DNA of 63,736 bases, filler included, from Diploschistes diacapsis (taxonomy: Eukaryota), in NCBI GenBank assembly GCA_023645945.1. It is 8 parts of 8 records of this genome, joined end to end, with 100 filler letters (N's around TTAATTAATTAA, not from the genome) between each part and the next. Parts side by side here need not be neighbours in the genome. Positions count along the whole stretch, not along the records: positions 8,008 to 15,908 come from JALAIB010001226.1; positions 16,009 to 23,908 come from JALAIB010001227.1; positions 24,009 to 31,889 come from JALAIB010001228.1; 5 more parts are not named here. The stretch is one strand, 5' to 3'. A program made the translations under genes and the position numbers. The first letter of the stretch is position 1. Every line of letters begins with the position of its first letter. A model generated the notes under the pieces. The model did no database searches, had not been told where the DNA came from, and saw nothing but the letters and a program-made list of their open reading frames with translations. Of the stretch, positions 13,401 through 26,288 are shown piece by piece.

Positions 13401-15413
13401 ATCAGATATTGGATGGAGCATGTCAAGGCTTCGGAGTGGCCTGAGAATTTCGATCTTGATGCGGACTTCTTCCGAAGAGACTCAAAACTGCGCAAGAATT
13501 GGTGGACGGCATACCTCGAAGATTTAAAGGACGATGGTTTCAAAAACTGCAGAGCTACGTCTTTCTTGCATTTGGCTGCCTACTTTGGGATTGTGCCCTG
13601 GATCCAGCGGGCGTTCAACTGCAAGAGCTGGATGGCGAAGCAGGGAACTATCTTTACGGAGTTGGATCCTTACCACAGAACACCCCTACATATTGCAGTT
13701 GAGCAAGGTCATGACAAGGTTGTGTCGCTACTTCTAGATCAAGGCCTCGACATCGAATCAAGGGAGGCTGGTCCGTTTGCCACCCCTTGCTCTTAGCAGC
13801 CCGAAACGGCCATAGAGATATCGGCGAAATCTTGCTCGATCACAAGGCCAGGATCAATGGGCGCAATAGCTTCGAACCCACGACACTGACGGAAGCTGCC
13901 TCAGGCGGCCAAATGGAGGTTGTGAAGCTTTTGTTGGCTGGCGAGGCAGACATCAATGGCTCAACAGACGAGAAGTCAAGATCTCTTTACCGACAAATGC
14001 AATTTGTGCCAGGTGTAGCCTAGAGGAAACTTGGAAAACTCGATGGTTCAACATACCAAGAGCTATCGACGCCAATGACTGAAGCAGCTCGACGAAACCA
14101 TGTGGAGGTCCTCGGGTACTCGATTCGTGACAAGGGCAATATTCAAGCCAAAAATATTGCGGGGCATAATGCACTACACATAGCAGCCTACAATGGCCAC
14201 AAGTAGTCGATGGGGGTTTTGGTAGAGTTCGGCGCCAATATCCAAAAGAGAACTGACTCGTCCTCTGCGCCCTTCTTCATGGCATCCTGGATGAACTTCG
14301 CAAATGCCATGAAATGGCTCCCGGACCACAATATTGATATCGACGCAGCCACTGATTGGGGTTTCACCACCTTGCTCGTTGCTTCGCGAAATGGCAACGT
14401 AGAGTTGATGAAGATATTGCTAGACGCCCATGCCAAAATTGAATACTGAGATGAGAAGGGAGAGACCGCTCTCAGTGTTGCCGCGAAATTTTTGCCAAAG
14501 TGGAGGTGATTAAGCTTTTGCTTGATTGCAACGCCAGGATTGAAGCACAAACCCAACTGGGAATACGGCGTTGATGAACGGGATCCACGAGAACCCCACG
14601 GACGAGCATGTGGAGATAGTGCAGTCACTCTTGAAGCACGGCGCAAACGTTCATCACAGCACGGAGTGAGTATCGCACCCTTGATGAAAGCAGCAGAATT
14701 TCCCGATGAAGATGCAGTAATATCGTGTAATCCTTGCTGGATAAGGGCGCGGTGCTCGACATTAGAGACAACGAGGGCTGAGCGGCCTGATGTGGCTGGA
14801 GCGACACAGTGAGCCTACTGCTGGACCACGGCGCAAACCTAGCCGCCACGGATAACCAGGGCAAGGCGGCAATCGACCATGCTGCGCTGAGGGAACGAAG
14901 GAACATCGTCAAGCTTTTGAAGGCTAGAGGCACTGACCGTCGCAAGCTAACCTTGATCGACAAAGCGGCAGCTACTTTTTCGGGGGTCATGTATTGGACC
15001 GAGGAGGCCGTCCGGGAATGGGAACTCGATTGGGAGGTCGCAGAATGGAAGAAGCTGGACAAGACCTCGGCGGACAGGAGCGGTGAGGAGCCCGGCGTCG
15101 AGGAGGAGCGAAAGGCGCAAGTTAAACCAGGCGCGACAAAGACAGGGATAACGTTGATGCGGACTCGGAGATAACAAAGGTAGATGCTATCAACGGAGAT
15201 AGCACGCACACGGTGGCTGCGGAGGTAAAGGCGCAAGAAACACCCAGAACCGAGTTCAGCACGGATGACGGTAACAAGGAGAAGGCGGAGACGCCGAGTG
15301 GCCAGAGCAGCAACGGCGCCGACGCTGATGGTGGGGAAAACAGAGGAGGTGATGGACGGCGAAGGCAAGAATGGCTGGGAGACAAACTCAAAGTGGGAGA
15401 TCGAAGAAAGTAG
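10473..15413 (+). pseudogene. Patatin-like phospholipase - NACHT - ankyrin repeat NLR-like gene, heavily disrupted
   Basis: Patatin motifs LCLLSLDGGGVRGLS (10504-10550), IGETSTGG and FVDGALRNNNP; pre-NACHT TDVAQERKKLKTSKGRRV; Walker A remnant MGPGRGKMML (~11942); helical VPHGLDNKYSHMLQQI; many ankyrin units from ~13560 to 14930 (e.g. RTPLHIAVEQGHDKVVSLLLDQG); numerous stops and frameshifts. Confidence 0.85.
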
Positions 15414-15908
15414 GCCAGAGGGCTTGAGGATGCCAGGATTGTGTGGCAGGTTATTGCGTATAGGCAGCGGTAGCAGTTTGAACACTGGCTGATTCGACCT
15501 TATTTCAGAGGGATTTTGATTATGTTTGTTTGTCCAGAGCAACCGAAACCCCGAAAGCCTTTTCCAGATACCCAACCGTAAAACGGAACGAGTGTGAAGA
15601 TGCCAACTACGCCGGCGTCTATATATATTCCCAGCGCTCTCCCCCGAGATACACACAAAACCCATCCCATCCCATTCAGTACCCCAAACCCCATCCTTCT
15701 TTCCGCTTTGTAGCCACTGCGTGCTCGCGGACCCACCATCCACCGTCCCAGCTTCCGCTCATCTATCCCCCGCAAACCCAGACCCACAAGTCCTGACCGT
15801 GGTCCTAATCCGGCCAAGCGATTTTCTTCTTCTCGTCCATGCCAGTACCGTTCCCGATGGCGTATGTACCTACCACTTCTCTTCGGTCCCGCGGGGTGGG
15901 GTGAAAAG

Positions 15909-16008
15909 NNNNNNNNNNNNNNNNNNNNNNNNNNNNNNNNNNNNNNNNNNNNTTAATTAATTAANNNNNNNNNNNNNNNNNNNNNNNNNNNNNNNNNNNN
16001 NNNNNNNN
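15909..16008. other. Artificial contig spacer
   Basis: N44-TTAATTAATTAA-N44. Confidence 0.98.
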
Positions 16009-16179
16009 GGTGGGGAAATGGCCATTTGCGGCCGAGGACGGGCTCGAGGGTTGGTTTTCCGAGGACCAAGGCGTGCGGTGTTCGGGGCGGTTGAGGGGCC
16101 ATGAGATAGCTGGCGAGGAGGAAGTGGTATGGGATTCGGGGGCGTCGGATGGGTGGCCGTTGGGAAGAGAATCGGCCAT
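16009..16179 (-). CDS. 5' end of an unidentified gene running off the contig
   Basis: ACAATGGCC start context and an open Ser/Pro-rich frame MADSLPNGHPSDAPESH... up to the gap. Confidence 0.5.
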
Positions 16180-17687
16180 TGTGAGACGGTAGACTGGATT
16201 GGAGGGTAAATTATGAAGTGAAGATACTAAATAAGGGAAGGACAAGAGAGAAGGAGTATTTGTCCTTTACTTGCGGGGTCGAAGGTTGAGACAATGTTGA
16301 TTATGTAATTGCGTACGCCAGATAAGGTAATAACAGAGAGCGATCGAAAAACCTTTTTCTTCGGAACCATTTTACAATCATTTGGCTGACTTGAGGGATG
16401 ACTGTCTAAGCATATTCGTTTATAGTTCAAAATTTGTCACCGTTCGTTTGTTATAGATTTCTCGCTTCAATTCAGTCACATATGATTACAGCATTTTCTC
16501 AGGCTTGTGGACAATGGACAATATTGTATAGGCTATGTAGGTATCTGATCGGATGGAAAACGTTGCTACGGGCTATTTAAAGGAATAACCAACGTCTCCT
16601 CCAGTGTCGAAGGCTGGTATGATGAATTTTCACTAGCTGCCACAGCACTGTTGACCACACTTACTACCTCCTTTGTCATGATTATACTTGGGTAATGATC
16701 GGTACTCAGTTGGCATTCGGCCTGCATCCGTGCCACCGTTGACATCTGGCAGTCGAGCGGCACCTTCATATCTTGGCTGGTATAGGCATAGGTGATAAGA
16801 ATCTCGCTCCACGCACATTAAGTCACCTCTTGATACATGGACTTCCCATTCCAACGAACGAGAGACGATAGGTATTTGTCTGTCTCAGTCTCAACAATAC
16901 TGGGACCAAACAGCAATGTTCTGGATGCCGATTCATGCAGCGATCGGCATCGGCAAAGTTGAAAGCCGGAGGGAATTTTACATATATAACTGATCTACCT
17001 GCCGAGAATTCTACAAGCTGGTATATCTCTCTCATATGGTTTGCGGCATCCAAAGGGTCGTGATGCAGGAGATGGAGAACCTGAAGGAAACTTTGTCGCG
17101 CAACAAATCCCCAAGTCAGCGTGTGAAGAAGATCTATAGGGATTCGAGACTGTCCGATCGCTCTTGGTTTGCGGGGATCACAGATACTCTCTTGCGTTGA
17201 GTCTCTCATTTAGTGAGTTGGACAGTAGCAGGCGATGTGGCCATAAAGGGGTGGACTGGGTACTTGGTGTGCAGACTATTTTAAATCCCGTCTGAGTAGC
17301 TAACGGATGGGCTCGTCACAAACTTTTCCATCATTCAGTTATTGTAGCGATTGCTACTGAACCTCTTGAACATGCAGCAGGCATTTAACTTTAACTATCG
17401 CTCGGCCATCCACGATATAGAGGTAGTCTACGAGGTATAGACTCGATCGGGGTCAACTTCCTCTATAAGTTGAAAAGTTGACAATGCTTGACAGCACAAT
17501 ACGCTGACTTTTCATCATTGTGGTAACCGGAACGGATGGAGTACTACTCACATGAGCTTGATGACTTGCGAGGAGATGTGAAATGAATTATTCTTCATCC
17601 TTCAACCCCAACCATCTCTGCTTCTGAAGGTTCGCGTTCTTCCAAGGATTAAACATCTCTTACTTCCGCACCTACAGCGCGTCTTCC

Positions 17688-18349
17688 ATGTCTTTCAATC
17701 GCCCAGCACCAGGCATAGCCTCCCCTGCCCCCCAAACGCACTGTGCAGAACACACAACAGCGCATTGCACCGAGTCGCTGGAGACTTGGATCCGCCATAG
17801 ACACTCCATACGCTCATACCTGCCCGATCTTGTCCCCTCATCGATCCTCCAATCCTGCCTCTCCACTCGCACAGCTCGCACCTTCCAATTCTAATATTCA
17901 GAACTGGCGCCTCTTTATTGCCTCTCGCTCGCACGGCGATCGTATCATCTCCGACCTCCTCTCCGCTGTCCAGTTCAAAGGCCCTGATAGCATCCCGTCA
18001 CTACCCGAGTCATTCCGCCATTTCCGCTCCGAGCTAGGCCGAGAGCTGTATAGACCGCATGGGTACGTGTGCTACGCGAGCACAGGCAAGGACACCGGGA
18101 GAAGGTGATGCGCAACTATGAGTTCTTTGGCACGCCGACCGTGGCGCTTGTGGCTCAGGACCGGAGTTTGACGCCCGTCGATGCGATGTGCATCGGCCTG
18201 TATCTGCAAACCCCCATATTGGCGCTCACGGAAAACAGCGTGGGGACGTGTGTCGAAGTAAGCGTGACGCTTATCCGGAGGTTCCGAGGAGAGGTTTTGG
18301 CATTCCAGAGGAGTTGATGGTACTTGGTGGCGTGGCGATTGGCTGGTGA
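17688..18349 (+). pseudogene. Nitroreductase family flavoprotein, frameshifted
   Basis: Motifs spread over several frames: IRHRHSIRSYLPDLVP, AQLAPSNSNIQNW, RNYEFFGTPTV, CIGLYLQT..LALTENSVGTCVEVS, GIPEELMVLGGVAIGW. Confidence 0.8.
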
Positions 18350-19322
18350 GTTTTCCTCCTGGGTACTTGCGGGTTCATTTCAGAATGGCAATGCAATAAA
18401 GCAATCGGAGTATGTACTGGGTGTGTGGTTAACCAATACTACCGTGTGGCTCTTGTTGCTGCTGCCTGCTAACTTCGAGGTCCCGGTCGTTGTTGTCGTA
18501 GGCCGGACCCGAATAGTCCCGTGAATATGCTGGTCATTGGGAGCAGGCAGTGTGGAAAACATGAACATACTGTCAGACGATAGAGAGTAGGAGGCCATCC
18601 GGTGGTATATGGACCCCGAATCTAGATACGACGATGTTGCTCTCTCACGTCCGTATACACTCCAATACTATCATTGTTATTCCACAGGCTCGTTGTTCCA
18701 AACCCATCGTGAAAATCTTTCAAATACCATCGCCTAGGATCGAGTGTAGCATCCTCGCGAAAGCTAGTGTATGATGATGTATCGCACGAAAAGACATGTC
18801 TTCGGCCATTCCATTTCGGACCAGAGAATCTTGGGCTGTTAATCACTTGAGGTTTTAACCCAATTTCTGAGACACAGCTCTTGTACGAGACAGCCCGTAG
18901 CCAATATCCGCAGGGAACATAACTTTTTTCGCTACTTTTGCTCAGGGGTTTGATCTTCAAGGTCCCTTGCTTCTGGCTTTAGTCGCTTGCATCTCTGTTT
19001 TCGAATCTGTAGGAGAATAAGGCAGATGGGGCCTGTATTAAGGTGTAATCGGGTATGGAGGCTCGGCACCCCGTCTACTTAGTACTGGTACTGGTACTGG
19101 TAGAGCAAGTTTGTTCAAGAATTTTAGCTCGAAACGACATTTGAGCGAGATACAGGGCATATATTATTAATAGGTAATGTGTTGTGGATATCTGGGTTCC
19201 GAAGCTAAGTAGATAATGGAGCCAATGCCCTCAATCTTGCGCGCCCTCTTCCAAGCTCCACTCAAACAAATCACATACGCGAGGCCGTACAAGTTTCGAG
19301 CTCAATCCATCACAAAACCACA

Positions 19323-19901
19323 ATGCCCTCTCTCGTCGCCGCGATCTCCGCCCTCGCCGTCCTTCCCATCGCCTTCTGTGCTCCCCTCACAGCCCGCCAA
19401 AATGGCCTCGGAATCTCCCTATCCTCGATATCGAACAGCATGTTCCTTAGCTTGGAGCCCATCACCGCATCCGGCGGCGCCTTCTACGTCGGCGGCACCA
19501 CCCACGCCAACTGCCCCTTCCCCGCCCCATTGTGCGCGTCATACAGCAACACGACCGCCATCCGCATCGACAGCCCCAGCAGCGAGGCCGGCATGTACAG
19601 CACGCAGGCCGCGACCTTGTACGTCACCAAGACGGGCGAACTGAGGTACACCGATCCCGGCCACGCGAACTCGTACCCGTCGAGCGCGTCGCGGTCTCCG
19701 TTCGATGCTGAGACCGAGCTTCTGGTATATGGGGGGGAAGACTCGCTGGGTTGGTTTGCGTGCCCGGTAAATCAGGCTGGACAGCTGCCGTACAAGATCA
19801 ATGCGATTGTGAATAGCTTCACGCCGCGCTGTGAAGACGGGGCGGTTGTTCAGATCAAGACGAAAGTGGTTGGGGCAATAGGGGCGTATGAGTATGAATA
19901 G
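19323..19901 (+). CDS. Secreted PhiA/IgE-binding-like cell wall protein
   Basis: Signal peptide MPSLVAAISALAVLPIAFCA; PITASGGAFYVGG, C-x6-C, LYVTKTGELRYT, GWFACP, C-terminal AYEY; GC3-rich intronless ORF. Confidence 0.75.
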   Translation: MPSLVAAISALAVLPIAFCAPLTARQNGLGISLSSISNSMFLSLEPITASGGAFYVGGTTHANCPFPAPLCASYSNTTAIRIDSPSSEAGMYSTQAATLYVTKTGELRYTDPGHANSYPSSASRSPFDAETELLVYGGEDSLGWFACPVNQAGQLPYKINAIVNSFTPRCEDGAVVQIKTKVVGAIGAYEYE

Positions 19902-20587
19902 GGCCTTGGAGGTTTGTGAAGTCATGGGCAAAAGGATGGAGGAGATGGTGGACCTGATGGCAGAGGAATGGTAGACTAGGCAGACGTGCCGGAGTGCAAG
20001 TATGAAAATGGCGCAATGGCGGATGATGGATTGTTGTACTGTATGGCTGCATTGGTCTGCGAGCGGCCTCACAAAGGACTAGAGTGTATTAATATATGGA
20101 AGCGTGGATCATCAATCATTCTGCAGGCTTTGCTCGCGGGAATGCGGACAAACAATCTGTACGAGTAGCTTGTTATAGTACCGTATTTATGGCTGTATAC
20201 GGGCTTGATAGAGAGAATCCTCATGCAGGCTGCGAGCGCTAATTCGAGCCTCAATTTCCTCTGTTGTGATGATATATATATACAATAGAAACACTAGGAT
20301 AGCACCAAAAGGGGTTGAAGATGGTAGAGCGATGGCAGCCAATCATCCGAAGATGATTGAGCCAATCAGGCTGTGAGCGCAAAGCCCTGGAGTAAAGCTT
20401 GGCGTTTCCATGCCGAGGCAGCACAAAGAGATGGTGGTAGAAGCTCTCTTCAACTCTACTTGGAATTCTTTTCACCCTCCAAACCAGCCAAGAGCTTCAA
20501 CCTTCTAAAGCACGAGAGGGAGCTTCGTTAGAACGGACTCGATGGGTCTAATCTGTACGGTAGAGCAAGCCCACCAATAGTTCCACT

Positions 20588-22756
20588 ATGTCCACCGATC
20601 GCTCTCTTGCTACTCTCCTCCGAGCCCTCCAATCTGCTTCGACGTCGCCGGATGATGCAGGAAGGTCGACTGTGTATTCCCTCAGTTCTTGATTGATCTC
20701 AGACTAACAGTATAAAGACTTCTAGCCTCCGCTACCACCCTTCTCACTCTCCTTACCAATCCCCTGAATCTCAGTCTCCTGACCTCCCATCTCCTTACCG
20801 CACCGGCAATCTGGGCCTCCTCAACCCCATATTCCTCAGATGTCCGCACTTCGCTCCGTGTCCTAGCTGCCTTCAATAATGCTGCCAACCATATCCTGCA
20901 CCGAGAAAGTCAGCCTGCGCCCAGTGCGCGAGAATTCCTTGCAGCCGAAGGACTCCCACGTGAACAATGGGTACGGGCGGTTGTGAAGGGTGCTGATGAC
21001 AAGAGCGAACGATGGAAACATTTACTTGTACTTGGAGGGCTCTTGACTGGATTTGAAGCTCACGAGAGGCAAGGACTACCGTCGAAGTTGAGGCAGCATC
21101 TCGAGAGCGCAGTTGTTACAGCTACGAACCGCTCGCTGCGAAGTGAAAGTTCGCAGACCTCGTTGAACCGACTGACTGTGCTCGTGGTTCTTGCTCATTG
21201 CTTTGATATGTTGAGCAGATACGAGAGGTCGAAGCTGGACGTTAGCAGTCTGCTGCCAATCTTGATACAAGGTATGTACTTCTCAAAGGAAGGCTTGCAC
21301 TGGGGTTATTTTCTTGGCACAATGGACGCGGACCTTTTGCAAGATGGGCAGAATAGGTTCAACTGGTCACAGCGATCAACGTCCTACTACCAATCACACC
21401 TGATGGCCACTGGACCGATCGTGTCCGCTCTGGGATCACTGGCCAGACTGACGGCGTTTTGCGTTGAAACTGCCGCAAACACGGACTTGGTATTCAAAAC
21501 TTTAGAAGAAATGACGGCCTTCAGTCGGTCGATGAGTGTCCAGTGGAGGCAAAACAAGCTTTCGGAGCTAGACGCTTCGGAGGAAGAAGTCTTTCTGGCC
21601 GAAGAAGCCCTCAAGAAGACTTTACCGATGTTATGGCAGGTGCTCAAATCAGCAATGTTTTCCGTAGTCGTCGTCCAAAGCGCCTTCATCGGACGTGCGC
21701 TGAGAGATCCGCGAATGCCAATGGCCCAAGCACCATTGATTGCCGCCCAGTCTTTGCATACGTTGCGGAATCTTTACTTCATTTCTTCTAGGCTGGGCCA
21801 CAATTCCTTCTCGCAATTTAATTTTGTTTTCAACGCTTCGCTCGATATGCTATCCAAGTATCCACCGGAAGCGCAGGATTTCCTGCGCGAGATCTCTCCG
21901 AAAGAGTTTGGGAGGATACCCGATCATCCTTTCGAGCGCTGCCAGGATCTCTTCTTCTTGAACACCGCCGAACATCTGACCTTCGCAGTGTCGCCTGAAG
22001 TGAACGAGAAGCTTTTTCTGAGCGCAGCAGAGCCATACTTGGGGACTGGCGGTGATATGAGACTCATTGAAATTTTCGAAGCAGCTCATAGCGTCGTCCT
22101 AGCGGTCTTTAGTTCGCCACACAATGTCCAGGTAACGAAGCAGCGACTTCCTTCATATATAGACACACTATTTCAGGTACAAGATGCATCGACCCTCGGA
22201 GCTCGTGCGCTTTGCTGACAAAAACCAGGTATTCCCCAACAAATTATCTCCTCGCCAATTCCGCTTGGCTATTAAGACCCTTGTACGAACCACTTCTCCG
22301 CCATCCCATATCGCGGGAGCACAACCGTATTTCTCCACAACCTTACTCGAGCTGGTCCGCCACCGTGCCATGACCACAGCATCCTCCACCCCACTCCCGC
22401 CTCTATCTTCACAAAAAGATGAAGGCGAAGCGCTGTCAGAGCAAGCCACGCTCGTCCTAGCAATCATCGACTCCCTCCCATGTCTTTCCCTGCAGAATCT
22501 CGAGGAATGGTTGCCTCTCGCAGCCGAGGCACTGAACACCATCCAAGCCGACGTCATGCGAGAAGAATGCAGAAAGAGGTTCTGGGACGTACTAACAAAC
22601 GGCGAGATGGACGTTGCGCGGGCGCAGTTCTGCGTCGTTTGGTGGCATACAAGAGGCGGGAAGGACTTCGTGTTGAGAGGCATGGAGCCTACTTTGGTGA
22701 GAAGCGATCGTGGGTTGTTTGCGAGCGGTGCTTTAGGGGAGGAGGCAAAGCTCTAG
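20588..22756 (+). CDS. PEX8: Peroxin Pex8
   Basis: N-terminus MSTDRSLATLLRALQ..LLTLLTNPLNLSLLTSHLLTAPAIW, QWRQNKLSELD, FEAAHSVVLAVF, FPNKLSPRQFRLA; C-terminal PTS1 AKL; introns ~20665-20718 and ~22177-22228. Confidence 0.92.
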
Positions 22757-23334
22757 GCCTGTGGGACATTTAAGACGACAAGCTGTGCTGAGTCGAACGG
22801 CGTCCTGTCACCCGGTGACCCTTCTAACGCGCTGCTGAAGCCGCTGCGCCCCTCTGTCCTGAGAACACATATCTAAGGAGCTGCGATGGTTGGAAAGTCG
22901 CAAGCGCCTAATTAGCAAGCAAACGATTATGCGTTTCATGGGTCCTATGACAGTACCGAAGATGTCGAAGGTGGCTGGAAAGCTAGACTTCTGTTGCACG
23001 ATTGAACAGCTGGCTTATGAGCCTGGTTGCAGAACTGATTCTGGCCCCGAGCCTGTCGCTCAGATCAATGCAGCTGATCGGGGTTGGCCTTTGATATACT
23101 GTGTTGAAGGCTGGAATCTAGTGCTACTAAAGCAGCATGGGGGCTGGCTTGTACATACCAATTAGCACCGTGAGAAGCTTGACGGCTGCCGGCAAGGTGT
23201 GGGCGTGGGAAGAGGTTGCTGAAAACAAGTACAGGCAAAGATGATAGGAGTGGCAGGGTTGGGGCTGTAACATGCCTAGAGACACCACTTGTAGGACTCA
23301 AGTAACAAAATTCCGGGTCCCAGCGGGATTTATA

Positions 23335-23688
23335 CGGTTTGACTCAGGAGCACTACCTTGCTCCGCTCACTCTCCGTACAAATACTATAGGGCTGACAAT
23401 TTATATGTGCATTTCCATCAGTAATTCTCAATTCATTTAGTACCGTACATATAAACCATATACGCTCGTATCATGTGACAATAATCTCAGTTCAATCCAT
23501 ATATTTTTGAATTTTATTTTGGGAGTTTTATTAATATTTAAATAACTTTTTTCGCAACATTGTCAGCTGTGGCTCGTATAATGTAATGTATATAAATTAC
23601 TATGGCAGCTAGATATAAGCCAAACTACTTGGTAGGCACACTATATGTGGAGAATGAGCCGGAGCAGGTAGTGCTCCTGAGCCAACCG
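23335..23688. mobile_element. MITE-like element with ~40-bp imperfect terminal inverted repeats
   Basis: Left cggtttgactcaggagcactaccttgctccgctcactctcc vs reverse complement of the right end cggttggctcaggagcactacctgctccggctcattctcc; AT-rich non-coding interior. Confidence 0.75.
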
Positions 23689-23908
23689 CGATTTAATAGC
23701 TAGAGAGTAGCTTCGTAGCGACGCGATTGCTACTGGGTTCATCCGCGTTTCTACCGTACATTTAGTGAATAGAGATCATCAAAGGATCCGATAATCAACG
23801 CTTCCCTCATCCACACGCAGCAGCTAGCAACAGCGTTCTCGCTCCCGCTTTTCTCCATCGCTCCCCACAACCAACCTCCCCTCTAACCGACCTCCCCCTC
23901 CTTTCCTC

Positions 23909-24008
23909 NNNNNNNNNNNNNNNNNNNNNNNNNNNNNNNNNNNNNNNNNNNNTTAATTAATTAANNNNNNNNNNNNNNNNNNNNNNNNNNNNNNNNNNNN
24001 NNNNNNNN
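23909..24008. other. Artificial contig spacer
   Basis: N44-TTAATTAATTAA-N44. Confidence 0.98.
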
Positions 24009-24453
24009 CTTCTCTCCCTCCTCATCCCCCCTCCATATCCAATTCGACTTTTCTCTTCTCTTGGACGGTGCTCTCCACCCACCGTCGGTGCAAGGCCTCG
24101 TCCACTGTGGAAGCCAGTTGGGACCTGCCATATCCCTATCTTTCCACGCAAAACCACCCTCCTACCTTCAGAGACAACGGCCTTGTACACCTCCACCAAC
24201 ATGCCAGGATTTCAAACATCTCGGGAAATTCGATAACCCTTTCAAATACTGGCCGACTAGCAATTGTCTAAGTGGATTGTTTCAGGGCACTACATAGTCC
24301 TTAGCTGTGACGGTGTATCTCTTGAGATCGTCTGCTTGACCGTCGATTGCACCCCCGCCCCACCATTGAACCAGTTCTTCGTCTCTGAATGCACCAAAGG
24401 TCATCCCCGATATTAATTGGAACATCTTCACAGCCATATCCTTCAAATTCGAA

Positions 24454-26288
24454 ATGGAAAGATCATCACCGCTGGCTGCCATGCAGCCCCAAGCAGTCCC
24501 CTTCGGCCACGGCCATTGGAGTTACGGAATGGACAGCTCCAACGCTAGGTTCGGAGGACTTGGGTCAGGGAGCTTCAACTTTAAGGAGCTGAGCATGAGA
24601 AACAACCAGACCGATTACTTCAACCTGAGGCCGAGCCGGGGGGCCTCACCCACCTCTAGCTTGGCTGTGGATCTATCCCGTAACTTTCATATCGACAAGA
24701 GGTTGCCTTCCCACATCCGAGTTTTGAATACGAGATTGACCGTTGGCAGTCCTCAACCCCCAACCCCGAGGAGGTCGCTCTTCAACGCCAACCTTATCAC
24801 GAACCTTAATTGCAATGGTGAGATCCTCCGTACCTGAAAGCATCGAGAGACTGTCTCACATTCAAGTTAGTTTCGGGCCCTACGCCTCCATCGGTCCCGT
24901 CTTCGTCGCCGTACCCTGATGTCGATTCGATGGAGATTTCGCCTTTGCCGCACAAGGCTCCATACTCTACAACATTTACTCTTCAATCTCCTACCCCGGA
25001 GCCAACTCCTGCTGACAACACCATGCTTTCCTCACCGGCCTTCATACCCGAGTCTCCTCTTGTAGCTTTGAAGCCTACCATCAATGAGTAAGACAGCATG
25101 AATGGCACTCGAAGTAGTCACTGACCTAGCCCCAGGCGTAGGAGACCTACTCTCTCACGACCTTGTCTTTCTCGCATAAAAGGTTTGACTACTTCGGCTG
25201 TCCCAATAAGGTCCGCTGGATGCGAGGTGCCTCCACCGTTCAGATTTGGCGGCGCTTTAACGTTGCTTCCGCCGTCTACGGCCACCGCTCTTGAAGAATG
25301 TTTCGTCGAATCCCCGGAGGAGGCGAGTTTCCCCACTCCGCTTCGGTCTCCAGGAGGTCTAGCAAGACCCAAGTCGTCCCATCAGAAGACGAGCACATTA
25401 TGTCAAAGTGTGTGTCAAGCATCACCACTGGCAGCCCCCAGTAAGAGGCCTGCGGGATCCCAAAGGCCACGGAAGCAATTCCGCCGTTCTCTGAGCATGT
25501 TTGAACATCCCATCGACGTGCTCAACCAACAGCAACAGGACCAAAGGCAGGAATGTGGTCTCCAGTCCATCATGGACCTGGACGAAGGGCCCAAACTACA
25601 GTTACCCTACTTTCTTGCTGAGCAGGAGACCATCCCTCGGATCACAAGGGACACGATGATCGACGTGCTGGATGGAAAATATGGGCAATGCTATGACCAC
25701 TCGATGGTGATCGACTGCCGATTCGAGTATGAATACAAAGGTGGGCACATCGATGGCGCCATCAACTTCAACGACAAGGAAGAGCTCGCCGGCAAGCTCT
25801 TTGATCAGCCAAGCTCCCATAAGACGTTGCTTGTATTTCATTGCGAGTACTCCGCCCATCGAGCCCCGATTGCTGCCCGATACATTCGCGGAGAAGACCG
25901 AGCCACCAATGCTCACCAGTATCCGAAGCTTACTTATCCGGAGGTGTATATCCTTGATGGGGGGTACAGCGCCTTTTTCAAAGACCACAAGATTCGCTGC
26001 TTCCCACAGAATTATGTTGAGATGAATGACAAGGCCCACGTTACGGCATGCGAACGGGGTCTTGGCAGGATCAAGCAGCAACGTGGGAAGCTAGGCAGGG
26101 CTCAGACTTTTGCTTTTGGGCAACACAGCCAGGATGCCCACGAAAGCCCTCTTGCGCTCAACAAGCAGTGCAACGGCTTCGCCACGACCGTGGATATCTC
26201 AATGGACATTGACATGTCCATGGATCTTTCCCTGGAGGAAACCCCGATAGCAAAGAGGGGAAATGCAAGGCGTATGGCGTCTTTTTGA
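24454..26288 (+). CDS. cdc25: M-phase inducer phosphatase (Cdc25/NimT/Mih1)
   Basis: MERSSPLAAM N-terminus, SPTSSLAVDLSRNFHID, rhodanese domain IDCRFEYEYKGGHIDGA with catalytic HCEYSAHRAP; three introns (~24701-24749, 24818-24870, 25088-25135). Confidence 0.95.

Noticed and set aside
3080..15413. Starship element (REase-like, AAA and NLR genes resemble typical cargo)
   Set aside because: No DUF3435 tyrosine recombinase or boundary seen; the genes are on different contigs and adjoin core genes
14625..15743. 372-aa minus-strand ORF
   Set aside because: Antisense to the ankyrin/charged tail of the NLR pseudogene; no recognisable motifs
16566..18960. Minus-strand ORFs at 16823-17209 and 18380-18960 as genes
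   Set aside because: No credible start or splice structure and no recognisable motifs; they may be decayed remnants but cannot be supported
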